The notes under the pieces are model-generated. The model was not told the DNA's origin. It ran no database searches and saw only the letters and a program-made list of their open reading frames with translations. A DNA stretch of 59,789 bases, filler included, from Hypanus sabinus (lineage: Eukaryota), in the NCBI RefSeq assembly GCF_030144855.1. It is 4 parts of 4 records of this genome, joined end to end, with 100 filler letters (N's around TTAATTAATTAA, not from the genome) between each part and the next. Parts side by side here need not be neighbours in the genome. Positions count along the whole stretch, not along the records: positions 37,661 to 59,789 come from NC_082715.1; 3 more parts are not named here. One strand, written 5' to 3'. Position numbers and translations under genes: made by a program. Positions 49,043 through 59,789 of this stretch are shown here, piece by piece (the first letter of the stretch is position 1; each line of letters starts with the position of its first letter).

Positions 49043-52000
49043 GATGGGCGTCACGTGGGTGCCGGGCAAGATGGCTGCAAGTTAGTGGAGCTCCGACGAC
49101 CCAACATAAAATTCTATCAATTAGAGCATATTTATCCCGCCTTATTCGGATACAGCTTTTCGAGAGTTCAAATCGTTTGTTTTTTTACTGAAAAATAACA
49201 ACTTTGCGAGATAATTCGAGACGATGCCAAGAACTTCGAAGAGCGCTACAGCGAGTCACGTGGCTACAAGTCAGGGCCCGCAATCCGAAGATCAAGACAC
49301 GCTAACGACACAGACCGACTGAGGCTCCTACATGGAGAATTTACTGGTTGAGGTTAGTGGTATAAGTTCCATTCTGCTCGGGGTGGCTACTGATTTGTCT
49401 ACAATTAAAGAAACGACAACGGAGTTGAAGAACTCCGTCAATGCCATTCAAGAGAGGCTGACGGAAGACGAGGTCGCCTCTCCAGCGTGGAGGACACCAC
49501 TGTGCAGCTGGTGGGTGCCAGCGAGCAGACTAATAAACGCCTGGACCTGCTGTGGAACCGTGTCGAGGAGCTTGAGAATAGGAGCGGACGGAACAACGTC
49601 AGGCTGGTCGGTCTAAAGGAGGGTGCGGAAACGGGCGGTCTGATTAAGTGTGTGCAAAGAATCATGTCGGAGTGATTAGGCATCGAACTGAAAGCAGAGT
49701 TTGAGATTGAGAGGGCGCACCGGGTCCCGGCTCCGAGGTCGGGCGAGGATCGCCCCCACCCCCCAGGTTGGTCTTAATACGATTCTTGCGCTCTTCAGCC
49801 AGAGAGAAAGTGCTGCAAGCGGCCATAGCAAAAAGAGGAGTTGGGTGGGAGGGATACAAAGTCTCCTTCTTTCCGGATATGACCAGAGAATTGGCTGAGA
49901 AACGGAGCGCATTTACTACTGCTCGGAAAATGCTGCGAAGAGTCAACGTGACGTATACACTCGCTTATGCAGCAGTTCTCCGATTCACGTGGAAAGGAAA
50001 GAACACGTTCTTTATTACTGCTGCAGAAGCAGTGAAATTCATTCAGGAAAAGTGCGGCGCTGGCACTGACTAAGAGACAGTAATAGGTGGAGACAACATT
50101 TTAGGTACAACAGGATGGGTGGGGAGCTGGATAAAGCGGTCTGATTAGTGCGAGGCTTACTAGCTGGCACGGTACTTCGCTGACCATCTCGTGTGTCTGT
50201 TTTTTTCCGTTTCTTTGCAGAGTTTATCCTGCCTATTTGCTTTTATTTGTTAGTTAATCTGACAGGAATATATTATCGCTATGTTTTGAGGTTATGTTGG
50301 TTGTTTAGCTGTTCGAAAGCGCAGCATTTGCAGTAGATAAAACATCTGGAGGCAGAAACAACCACATTGGAAAAGGTCTTATCAAGACAAAATACCGATG
50401 ACTTCTAAAAAGATCTGTGCAATTTGAAATTCCAGCTAAATAACATATATAACAAAGAAGCAGAATATGCATTATTTAGATTAAAAACAAGTTTCTATGA
50501 AGGTGGTGACAAAGCTGGTAAGCTGCTGGCACGATATTTAAAGCAGCAGAAGACGAATAGTCTTATACCTGTGAATAAGAAAGGGGACACATTAGTGTCA
50601 TCATCTGAAGAAATAAGCGAAGTCTTTCAACAGTTCTATGAACATCTATATGCATCACCGTTTAATCATGACCAGGAGGAGCTGAATCAGTTTATCGCTG
50701 ATATAAAATTGTCTACATCATCCCCACAACAAGCTGAGTCCTTGGATGCCCCAATTACTGAGGATGACGTCGGACGGGCTATTGCAGCTATGAAAGTGGA
50801 GAAATCTCCAGGTATGGATGGCTTCCCAGTTGAATATTATAAGAAATTTCTGGACATATTGGCTCCTATTCTAACAAAAATCTATTCAGAAGCATTTAAT
50901 TTGGAATCTTTACCTAATACATTTAATGAAGCATTAATTCGTTGATCCCAGAAAAAGACAGGGATGCAATAGACCCTTCCAATTAAAGGCCTAAAAGCTT
51001 AATTAATGTGGACTGTAAGATGCTGACTAAAATACTGGCTTGGCGATTAGAGAAAGTTTTACCATCTATAATTAACTCTGACCAGGTTGGCTTCATTAAA
51101 GGCAGATCCCCAACTGACAATGTAAAATTACTGCACTTAACATGGCTGTACTCCCCAAGTAGTATCCCAGTTACTGCCATCTCCCTGGACGCTGAAAAGG
51201 CCTTTCACAGGGTTGAGTGGAGATTTTTAACCATGGCCTTGTCATTCTTTGGGTTTGACTCTGTCTTTAATCATGGATTACAATTTTGTATAAAAACACA
51301 AAAGCTGCAGTAATTACAAATGGTATCATATCCCCATTATTCAACAGTTCACGGGGTACACTCCAAGGCTGCCCCCTCTCCCCACTGTTATTTACGATGT
51401 TTTTGGAACCTTTGGAGGTCGTGATTAGAGCAGATCCAGATATTAGAGGCATGAAGGGGGGCAGAAAGGAACATAAGTTGATGCAGTATGCTAACGATAT
51501 TTTATTACTGATTAGTTACTCTCCTCATTCCTTATGCCCACTAATGAAAACAATTTAATTATATTCTGAAGTGTCTGGTTATAAATCTGAGGCTGTGCCA
51601 ATGTCAAAATTGTGTTATTCAAATTCAGTATCTCAGTTTAATTTTAGATGGGTGCCAGTTGGAATGATGTATCAAGGGGTCAAACACAATCAGAATTTGG
51701 ATGAAGTAATTACTTTAAATTCTGATCCATTATTGAGTAGGTTAAGAAATAATCTGGCTAAGTGGGGTGTTCTGCGACTGTCACTCTGAGATAAAGTCAA
51801 TGTAGTTAAAATGGTCAGAGCACCTCAGTTTAACTATCTTTCTATGCTGCTTCCTTTAAATATTTCAGATTTGATCGACAAGCAATACAACAAAATTATT
51901 ATTGACTTTCTATAGGATAAGAAGAAGCCCAGAATTAAAATGAGTAAGATGTGTATGTCCAGTGACATGGGTGGGCTCTGTCTACCAGACGTCAGGGCAT

Positions 52001-53288
52001 ATAAATTATCCTTTGAAATGATCAAGTTAGCTAAACATTGGGACAGGGCAGATGTTGATTTAGATTGTGTAGTTATAGAACGGAGCTTGGCTGCACCACA
52101 TTCTCCCCTTAACATTCTCTCACAACATGTGGAAAACAACACTAATCTAAATCCTATACTATTTCACTCAAGGGGTGTGTGGAGTACTATTCATGAATCT
52201 TGTAAAAATGTCACATTTAAATCTGTTATACTCCTCGCTCTGGAATGCCCCTGTGAAACGCATTGGGAAAAGAATGGTGTACTGGAAGGAACGGAAGATT
52301 AAAGGTGTAAATACAGTAGGTGGTCTCAGTGAGATTGGGATTTTTATGTCGTATGTGGATTTGCAGAGGAAATATAACTTTGTAGATAAAGGGAATTTCT
52401 GGAAGTATTTACAAATAAGACATTGCGTTAGTAGCATATTCAACAATGGTGACCCACAAAGTAACCCTTTAACTGAATACCTTACACTACCACAGGAAGT
52501 TCATAAAGCATCAGTGTTATATTAAATGTTCAGGCACTCTGTGGGTGACCCGTGTAACAATCTTAAAGCAGTATGGTAGAAGGATCTTGGAAGTTATATT
52601 GAAGATAATGAGTGGTCAAATATTTTATCACATGTGGGTAGACATATTAGGGAAGCGAGAGGGAAATTTATTCAGTATAAGAGAGTACACAGATATTATT
52701 GGACACCAACTAAACTCTACAAAATGGGGATTGTTGATAATCGTTTATGCTGGAAATGTAAAAATGAGGTGGGCACATGTTTTCATATGATTTGGGAGTG
52801 TTCCATGGTTCCTCCATGTTGGTGTAAAGTTCTTGATTTGTTGGGGATTTGGTCGGGTTCCACACTGCCCTTCTGCCCACGGCTTTGTCTCCTGGGTGAT
52901 CGGAGAATGATACCTAATGTAAACCATGACTAATTTACTATTTTAAAGCTGGGTTTCATCACAGCTGCAAGAATTATATTGCAAAACTGGAAAAAAAACC
53001 AGATGTCCCACTGTGAGGGAATGGACTGAGGAAAGGGTTAAGATTGCATCATATGAACTCATGTTGGGAAGAATTAACAGTGAGGGAAAAGTGCAAGATG
53101 CGTAGGATCAATTTCGGTTGTCTGTTAATTTAAACTTACATTAGAAGTTTTTTTCTGTTTCGTAATTTTATATGGTTTTCTGTCATGGAATGTCTGTATA
53201 AATATGCTGTACTGTATCTGCTCTATGATATGCTATGCAGCTTTGTAAACTAAGAATAAATAATAATAAAAAATTGAATTACAAAAAG
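49043..53288 (+). mobile_element. L1-clade element with both ends and a TSD, ORF2 endonuclease deleted
   Basis: GC-rich 5' end; ORF1 relics (LENRSGRNNVRLVG, IERAHR); ORF2 starts after the EN region (KSPGMDGFPVEYY, DAEKAF, QGCPLSP, QYAND); A-rich tail; 11-bp direct repeat AACACAAATAA at 49032-49042 and 53289-53299. Confidence 0.88.
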
Positions 53289-54460
53289 AACACAAATAAA
53301 TCGACCTAAGATAAGGGGCGTATTATTGAGTCTCACTGAAACACTGCAAAGGAGAAACTTCCACTGAAATTCTGAAACATTTTCCATCGATATTCCAAGT
53401 ATCATGTTTCACTACAGTACTCCCTTCATTCCCGCCACCCTGAGTGAAACGCCAAACAGTTGCATCGTCTGTCCACCATCACAGGCGCTTCAGCTCATCG
53501 GTGCAGACAACACTTTAAATGCATTGTGGCAATTAAACGGAAAGGCGTTTTACATCGACGTCAAAAGTGTATAACTTGTAACACGGGAAAGCTTTTACCT
53601 CAGCAGTTTAACACATTATTCTGTGCATTATATTGATGAAACATGAGGATGAATTTCCGAGTTCTACTTTGGGGCTGCGTGGAAATGTGCAAACGTCAGT
53701 GACAGTGAATAGGTCATAAATTGGTAAATTTTCAAATTGCTTAAATGTTGTCACATGTACCGAGGTGCAGAGAACAAACAGTTTCGCAGGCCCTTCATAC
53801 CGATCAGTTCATCAGTGTATTGAGATAGCACAGGCGAGCAGAATAAGGTGTTACAGTTACAGGGAAAGTGCAGTACAGGTAGGCAGTAAGGTGCAAGGGC
53901 ATAACGACATAGAATGTGACGTCAAGAGTCTATCTGATCGCAGTAGGGAAACATTTAGTGGTCACGTAACAACGAGACAGACGCTGTCTTTGAGCCTGGT
54001 GGTATGTGCCTTTAAAGCTTTTGGATCTTCTGCCCGATGGGATGGGGGAGGAGAGGCAATGTCAGTGATGGATAAGGTCTTTGCCGATATAGGCTGTTTT
54101 GCCGAGACAACGACAGTATACACAGAATACATGGAGGGGAGTTGGCTTCCGTGATGTGCTGAGCTCTAGCATAGAGCATAGAGCAACTCTCTTTAGTTTA
54201 TTTCAATTACCAGCAGAGCAGACACCATACCCAGCCGTGATGCGTCCAGACACAATTCATCGATAAAAATTGCTGAGAGTCAACGAGAGAGCGCCAATGA
54301 GCGCTCTTTGCCGTGACATCTATGTGGTGGACCAGGATAGGTTGTTGGTGACGTCCTCTCCACTGAACTTGAATTTCTCAACACTCCCGATCTCAGCATC
54401 GTTTACATAGTTGCCCCGCCCATTTCCTGAAATCATGATCCAATTCATTCCTGAGTAGAG

Positions 54461-54480
54461 ATCTGCATGTATATATATTT
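54461..54480 (+). promoter_or_regulatory. Variant Ig octamer (ATCTGCAT) followed by a TA-rich stretch
   Basis: One mismatch to ATTTGCAT, about 120 nt upstream of the leader ATG. Confidence 0.5.
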
Positions 54481-54587
54481 CAGTGACTTTGCAGTCTTTC
54501 ACAGTTCTTAAGGAGCAGCTTCGAAAGCCCTGAACAGGACTTGTGTCCGAAAGCCTTTGACTTCTAAGTCTTCTTATCAGCTTCACC

Positions 54588-55077
54588 ATGGCTGAATGGG
54601 TCCTGGTACTTGCGGCGTTTGTGTCCTGTTTGTTGAGTAAGTAGAATACTTACTCCTTTATACTGTCCTTTATGTCGAGTTTTTACTTAAGGGTTTTAAA
54701 TAGTTATTTGTTACTTTCCCCAGCTGCAAACGCGGAGGTGACTTTGACTCCTCAGTCTCCGTCCGTATCGGCGACTCCGGGTAGAACCGTGAAAATCACT
54801 TGTACCATGTCAGGGGGCAGCATCAGCAGCTACTACAGGAGCTGGTACATGCAGAAACCAGGCAGCGCCCCAGTTTTTGTGTGGTATGACAGCTCCACGA
54901 GAGGATCGGGAATTCCAGATCGATTCACCGGTTCCATGGACTCATCGAACAACCAAATGCATTTAACCATCACCAACGCTCAAAGGGAGGACGCCGCCGA
55001 TTATTACTGTGGTGTCTGGTATGATAGTAGCCCGTACGCATTCACCTTTGGGAGAGGAACCAAACTGAATTTCAACA
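54588..55077 (+). CDS. IgL: Ig light-chain leader + germline-joined VJ exon (probably elasmobranch type I / NS5 / sigma-cart; lambda-like alternative)
   Basis: Leader 54588-54636 [16 protein letters not shown], donor GTAAGT; exon 54724-55077 [51 protein letters not shown], donor GTAAGT; no RSS between V and J. Isotype is from recalled resemblance only. Confidence 0.93.
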
Positions 55078-55744
55078 GTAAGTGAATATTTGTTGGGGTC
55101 TAATCACCTTTTGTTTTCGTTTGTGTTTTTACTTCGTTTGAACCTTGGAATAATATTATCAATCCTGATGCTTCGATCTGATTTACAGTCCGCCTCTCAT
55201 TGTATCTTTACAAATCCGCAGGCAGAAAACTAGCACATATGCATCCTGTTTGCTTGGTAGGGTTACTTAATTTAGCAGAAAAGTATCTGCAAAACAACCT
55301 GAGTTCATTGCCATGACATTTTTAAAATAGCTTCGTGAATAGATGCTTCGTGCTGTTAGCGAGTGTTTCTTAAAAGTGTCCCAGGGAACAGATGCATTAA
55401 AATATATTCACAACAGTGAGGTTTTGCATTAGACAACCGAGGTGAAGTCGTGTTTAGAGCCCACAAATTATTGTATAAATGATCTGAATGCCAATCGGCT
55501 GGAATATATTTTGTTAGTTTCTTAAAATTTATTTCTGCTAATATTACTTTATTTTGTGTATATTGTTTTGTGCACCTTGGTCTCCTAAAACGTTGCTATG
55601 TTTGACCGTGTACATGTAAACAGTTGACTGACGATACAATTTATCCTGAACTTGAAGCTTAATGGGGACCAGAGCCGAGCTGTGAATGTTACCGAATTGC
55701 GATAGAGAACTTTTATTTCCTTAAGACGGTAAAATATAGGAACA

Positions 55745-57640
55745 GTATTAGGGAATTCGACCCCATGAATCTGCTACGTCATTTGATCATCGCTGGTATA
55801 TTTTTCTCTCAAGATCATTCTCCTGACTTCTCTCCATAGCCTTTGACGTCGTTGCTAATCAAGAGACTATAAAACTCAGTTTAAAATATACCCAAAGACT
55901 TGGTCTCCACAGCATCCTTTGGGAATACATTCTACAGATTCACCACTTTACGGATAAATCAAATTCTCCTCATGTCAGTTCTAAAGGGCTATCCTTGTAT
56001 TCAAAGGATTTTCTCTCAGGTCTACCCTCTTGCACTAAAGGGGGCATCCTCCCACTTCCACTCAATCTAGCTCTTTCAATATTCGGTAGGTTAAAATGAG
56101 ACTTCATCCTCCACACACACCTCCCCCCCCAACCCAACCCCCACCATTCTTCTGAAATCCAGCGTGTACAGGCCCAGGGCCATCAAATGCTCCTAATACT
56201 TTCACTCTTTCATTGTCGGGATCTTTCCTGTAAACCTCCTCTGGTCCCTCTCCAATGCCAGCACATCCTTTCTTTGATATGTGGTCCAAAACTGCTCACA
56301 ATACTCTAAATCTGCTTTGGCTATTGCCTTTTAAAACATTAGCATTAAATCTTTGCTTTTATATTCTGCTCATCTCGAAATAAATACTATGCTTGGTATT
56401 CATGCTGTTAGCGAGAGTTTCCTAGGAATTGCCCAAGGAACAGGTGTACCTGCAGGATGACTTCCATGTCTCCTTGCTCCTCCGACTTCTTAATTCGATC
56501 TCCGTTTAGAAGTCTGTACCTTTATTCCTTCTACCATTCTCCATGACCATACAATTTCCTACAGTGTTCTCCATCTGTCACATCTTTGCCCATTCACCTG
56601 ATCCGTCAAGATCATTCAGCGGATTCCTACTGCCTCAACATTGTCTACTCCTCCACACGTCTTTGCATCATCCGCAAACCTGGCCACAAATCCATAAATC
56701 CCGTTGTTCAGGTCATTAACTTCCAGCCTGAAACGTAGCAGACTCAACACCAATCCTTGCAGAACACCACTAGTCACCGGTAGCCAACCAGAACAGATTA
56801 TCCTTACGCTTTTCTCCTGCCAGTCAGCCAATGATCCGTCTATGCCTGTGATAGTTTATGCTCTTATCGTGTTAAGCAGCCTGATGTGTGACACTTTGTC
56901 AATGGTCTTCAGAAAATCCAAGTCAATAACATCCACTGACTTATTTGTCTATCCTGCCTGGTATTTTCTCAAGGAATCTCAACAGATTTGTCAACTAAAT
57001 TACCCCTTAAGGGAACCATGCTGATTACGGCTGGTTTTATCGTATGCCGCCAAGTACCTAGAAATTTCGTCCTTACTAATGGATTATAGCAAACTCAATA
57101 TATTAAAATTTCGATTAAACATGAGCATGTTTACTAGGAAATTAACTGACGTCAGGCTAACTGGCCCATAATATCCTGCATTTTGCGACCATTTCTTCTC
57201 CGAATGTGGAGTAATATTTGTGAGTTTCCAGTCCTGCGGACCCATTGGACCATTCTTGAAAGATCGTTACTAATGCCTCTTTAATCTATCCAGTTACCGC
57301 CTTCAGAATCCTGTAGTCCATCTAGTTCGTCGACTTATCTAACTTCAGATCTTTCAGCCTCCCAAGCTCCTTCTCCTTCGTCATAGCAACTACTATCACT
57401 TATGTTTAATTTCCATTAATGCTTAATTTCGATATTTGTTTCCCTCAACTAGATCTTTTCACGTTACTTCAGCTCCTCTTGTTCTATACCTATTAACCTG
57501 AAGTCATCAAGATTCTGGTGCTCCGTTCTAACTTCTATCCAATTTCCCTTCAGCAAGGCGCCGCCCCAGAGCCCACCTCGGCCTCACCAGTGTGCTTGAC
57601 CTTCTGCGCCGTCTTAGTGTAAATGTCTCAGCTTTGATAA
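55745..57640 (-). mobile_element. CR1 fragments in the J-C intron
   Basis: WLPVTSGVLQG, FVARFADDAK and CR1 3'-end sequence. Confidence 0.85.
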
Positions 57641-58430
57641 CAAATTATCACTCAGCCCACCTGTTTTGTTTACATTTCGAACTCTCCAGCCCCGCGGGCC
57701 GTTGAGTATCTAACGTTTGGATACCTGATCATTACCGTACTAAGTGATCTCGCCATGAATAACAACTCTGAGGTCAGAAACTCTGGAAAATCGCTCTTTA
57801 GCTTTTTGCCTTGTCGCTGCGTTTTCCTCCGGGGTACCACTGTAAAACGATTTCTTTATAAATTCTGTTTTGTAGTTTTGATATCCTATTGTGTGGATGG
57901 GTTCAACTTTTCAAATTAATGGAAAAACTGATTATAAAAACAATGACCCAGATATCCACATCTTCTGGATTTCATAGACATCTGAGAGTTGTTTTCGGGC
58001 TTTTCTTCAGTGTCTATCACCTTGGTCCAAACAACACTTTAGGAGTTAATTGAGGGACTAAAAACTAGAAAATCCAAGTATAAAACCTTAACTGGTATTA
58101 TTTATTCACATTAAAATACTTCCATGATTTTCAGCCATTCACAATCCCTCCTTTACTGCGGCGAATCGCGGCATCTCCGAGGAGAGACAAAGACACAGTA
58201 TGTCAATCAAATCCATTGCTTCATCTCGCTTTTTACGTGAATAGCTGCGACGACATTTCGGAGTTTTGCCACGCGCTTTGCCATATCTCTTTCAGGGTTT
58301 CTTATTGGTTCTGTGATTCATGTCCTTACGAGTATAACATCATGGAACATGCCAATAATCTGTCACGAAAGTTTGATTCCTATTTATATCAATTAATAAT
58401 TCATTTCCCTGCACTTCTTTCTATCTACAG

Positions 58431-58753
58431 GTCCGCGAAAACCCGCCGTATCCGTACTCCGACCGTCTGCGGAAGAAATTCGGGGACAGGGCACCGCCAC
58501 CCTGGTGTGTTTAGTGAGCGGGTTTAATCCGGCCGCTGTGAATATCGAGTGGACTGTGGACGGCAGTACGAGAAGGAATGGCGTTGAGACCAGCCGGATC
58601 CAGCAGGACGCCGACAACACGTTCAGTACGAGCAGTTACCTGACTCTGCCAGCCTCAGACTGGAACTCACACGAGCGTTACTCCTGCGTGGTTAAACACG
58701 AGACTCAGGCAACCCCATTTCAAACAAACATCGCGCGATCCAGCTGTATGTAA
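58431..58753 (+). CDS. IgL: Ig light-chain constant exon, copy 2, intact
   Basis: Acceptor ctatctacAG; phase-1 compatible with the VJ exon; both domain Cys, the Trp and terminal RSSCM*. Spliced CDS 49+354+323 = 726 nt = 241 aa. Confidence 0.95.
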
Positions 58754-58782
58754 TACAATATGTTTAGAGGCTGTTTCTTTAA

Positions 58783-58788
58783 AATAAA
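58783..58788 (+). terminator. Polyadenylation signal of the IgL gene
   Basis: AATAAA 30 nt after the stop codon; also present in copy 1. Confidence 0.75.
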
Positions 58789-59789
58789 ACAAACGAATTT
58801 CATGTACAGATGTTAAATTTTTCATTGTAGCTGTCACATTTCGCAACCGGGGGAAAACAGGCATTGCGTCCTGCTGGACGTTCTTAAATAGCGTTCGTTC
58901 TGAAATAAATATCATACATGTAATTTTATCCCGAAGTAATTAAAATCTACCCAATCTACTGTGGCGTTTTTGTCCGACAAAAGCATTATTTTTCAACAGT
59001 TAGTGAAAATGATCAAACTTTGACATTCGATGAAATAAAATAGACAACGTCGCTATTGGGTAGGTTTTCCTCCCGAAGAAACCATAATCACTGTGACTAC
59101 ATCAGGACAAGTGGTGTAATTACTTGTCAGCGAACTTTACATACATACTAAAAGAAATACTGATACTGCCGTTATTTGAACATCGTAGGCATATTCGATT
59201 TCCAGTTTTAGCATTGTATTCTTCATAGAAATTGTTTTTCTACACCTCGTCATATTCGGGAGACAAGGGCTTCTGTACTCTGTGTAAGCAGCAGCGCAGA
59301 GCAGAATAGCACTTATTAGAGTTCAAACTAACGAAATTCTTGCTCAAGTGTCCTTCAGAACTACAGGCTTCATTTGAGGTGATTTGGACTTACGACACCT
59401 AACAAACATTGAAAATGGTAGTCCAAAGCATTTCTTGTAAATACAGTTAGTCGGTGGTTGATTATCTAAAGCTTTTTCGGGATTCAAAACAGTGAAGCAC
59501 TGAAGATATCGCACCGACATTTGTACATTAGTTTGTAGAATATATATAATGATAGCTTTCTGTGTGTAATGTAGAACACCGTGGCCCTAGTATAGAGGTC
59601 GAGAGAACGGTATCCTAAACATAAGATAAATATGTTCAATATATAACGTAAAAGATCATTTTCAGGCGAATGAAAATATCCATTGTACTCACATCTTTCT
59701 AACAGGTTATACAAGTTGTTTTATCTCGATAAGAAAAGAATAGCAAGAGCAAGTTTGCAACTAATCATTGAAATTCATACATGGGTTAT

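Larger units (their letters stand above)
56095..59290 (+). repeat. Segmental duplication, paralogous to 37661-41180
   Basis: Collinear similarity through the CR1 relics, intron 3' end, C exon (12 differences in 323 nt) and 3' flank; offset 18114 bp at the exon. Confidence 0.93.

Noticed and set aside
55005-55011. Cryptic heptamer TACTGTG at the end of FR3 (V-replacement-like site)
   Set aside because: It is forced by Tyr-Cys-Gly codons, and no nonamer lies at 12 or 23 nt.

Overview
Eukaryotic, repeat-rich DNA from a cartilaginous fish, probably a ray or skate (inferred from the repeat families and a germline-joined light-chain gene). The window is not one locus. Three 100-bp spacers (N44-TTAATTAATTAA-N44 at 6535, 18558 and 37561) join four pieces. 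(A) 1-6534: two L1-clade LINE remnants. (B) 6635-18557: repeats only (Gypsy protease relic, Tc1 element, Rex1/Babar-like LINE, SINE, solo LTR). (C) 18658-37560: a cluster of T-cell receptor beta V segments resembling mammalian TRBV30, with 23-bp-spacer RSSs. Two appear intact and lie in opposite orientations; the rest are pseudogenes or relics among CR1 LINEs. No TCR D, J or C was found. (D) 37661-59789: two tandem immunoglobulin light-chain units about 18.1 kb apart. One is a complete leader + germline-joined VJ + C gene (241 aa). The other is a C exon with a premature stop just before the interchain cysteine. I cannot demonstrate a wholly new system. The apparent TCR-IgL linkage crosses an artificial spacer. 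The best leads are the Cys-less light-chain C, the family-wide N-H-S/T sequon replacing the canonical Asp in the V-beta segments, the shared V promoter and RSS-spacer conservation, and a possible stop + poly(A) unrearranged V product. Repeat boundaries are approximate.
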